Source: a virus
Lineage: Duplodnaviria > Caudoviricetes
DNA: 64,000 bases
Virus record (IMG/VR): IMGVR_UViG_3300044723_005784
Location: 1 to 64,000 of that record
Direction: 5' to 3' (one strand)
Below the pieces are notes generated by a model. The model worked only from the letters and a program-made list of their open reading frames with translations, did no database searches and was not told where the DNA came from. The position numbers were made by a program, and so were the translations under genes. Each line of letters starts with the position of its first letter. The first letter of the stretch is position 1. Below, in pieces: positions 63,086 to 64,000 of this stretch.

Positions 63086-64000
63086 ATGAGTGATTATCTA
63101 GACGATGCACAAATAGCAAAAGCCAGGCTCGCCGGCATAAGTGGCAGTTTCTGTTTGGCTAAATGGAAGCAAACAAGCCTGCACTTAACCACAGGACATA
63201 CTAACAGTTGTTACCATCCGCCATTGCATAAGATTCCTGAAGAGTCTCTTGCAGATAATCCAAGTGCCTTGCACAACACTGCGCATAAAAAAGAACGCAG
63301 GGCTGAAATGGTTGACCCGTTTACTAAAGTAAAGCATAGTGAATGTGACTACTGTTGGAATATAGAAAAACAAGGCAACATGAGCGACAGACATTATCGT
63401 AGTGGCGAGCCCTGGGCAATGGACAGTTTTGAAGAGATTGTCGCTAATCCATTAGCAGACATTAATCCCAGCTATGTTGAGGTTAACTTTAATAATGCTT
63501 GTAATTTAGCGTGTAGTTATTGTAGCCCACAGTTTAGTAGTACCTGGACAGCGGAAGCAAAAGAACATGGTGCATGGCCCACTAGCACTCCACATAACGA
63601 CCCAGCACACTTTACTGGAGAACGTAGAGCTATACCCAACAAGGACACTAACCCATATCGTGAAGCATTCTGGAAGTGGTGGCCCGACCTTTACAAAGAT
63701 CTCAAGCACTTTAGGATGACAGGTGGTGAGCCACAGATGGATCCCAATACATACAAGGTGTTTGACTATGTACTGGACAACCCCAAACCTGACTTACACT
63801 TAAACGTTACCAGTAACTTTAGCACAGAACCCCGGGTATGGGACAAGTATAAAGAATATGTGCAACGATTAACAGCACAACCAGGAACAGTGGAACACTT
63901 TATGCAGTTTGTCAGTCTGGATACCTGGGGCAAACAAGCAGAGTACATACGTCACGGACTGGACTTTGGCCTGGCAATAAATAGATGTGAAGAGTTTATA
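63086..64000 (+). CDS. Radical SAM protein with N-terminal twitch-like Cys domain (partial, runs off window end)
   Basis: Absent from the ORF track. Reads MSDYLDDAQIAKARLAGISGSFCLAKW...SCYHPP...CDYCW...NACNLACSYCSP...TGGEP. Confidence 0.85.
   Translation, partial: MSDYLDDAQIAKARLAGISGSFCLAKWKQTSLHLTTGHTNSCYHPPLHKIPEESLADNPSALHNTAHKKERRAEMVDPFTKVKHSECDYCWNIEKQGNMSDRHYRSGEPWAMDSFEEIVANPLADINPSYVEVNFNNACNLACSYCSPQFSSTWTAEAKEHGAWPTSTPHNDPAHFTGERRAIPNKDTNPYREAFWKWWPDLYKDLKHFRMTGGEPQMDPNTYKVFDYVLDNPKPDLHLNVTSNFSTEPRVWDKYKEYVQRLTAQPGTVEHFMQFVSLDTWGKQAEYIRHGLDFGLAINRCEEFI

Overview
64 kb of a large T4-like (myovirus) dsDNA phage genome covering virion morphogenesis genes and part of the replication/transcription core. 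The minus strand (1-28.5 kb) carries fibre-like and PKD virion proteins, major capsid (gp23), scaffold (gp22), prohead protease (gp21), portal (gp20) and a tape-measure-like protein. It also carries a gp55-gp47-gp46 operon interleaved with two radical SAM genes and a sulfotransferase-like gene, ending in a minimal GIY-YIG nuclease. The plus strand (28.6-64 kb) carries baseplate genes (gp48/54-like, gp53, hub, gp5-like, gp25, gp6, a 4478-aa wedge protein), tail fibres, and a cluster of glycosyltransferases, a 2OG-Fe(II) oxygenase and a radical SAM gene. T4-type late promoters (TATAAATA and variants) precede most structural genes. Two signals stand out. First, a ~260-nt non-coding element with several predicted pseudoknots lies directly downstream of the GIY-YIG gene on the same strand, followed by short direct repeats and GNA-loop DNA hairpins; it is a candidate nuclease-RNA system or an RNA-primed origin. 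Second, a slippery site plus a perfect 10-bp downstream stem would fuse the gp26-like and gp51-like ORFs by a -1 frameshift. All family assignments come from motif recognition by eye; no database searches or folding programs were run. No tRNA, rRNA or CRISPR array was seen.
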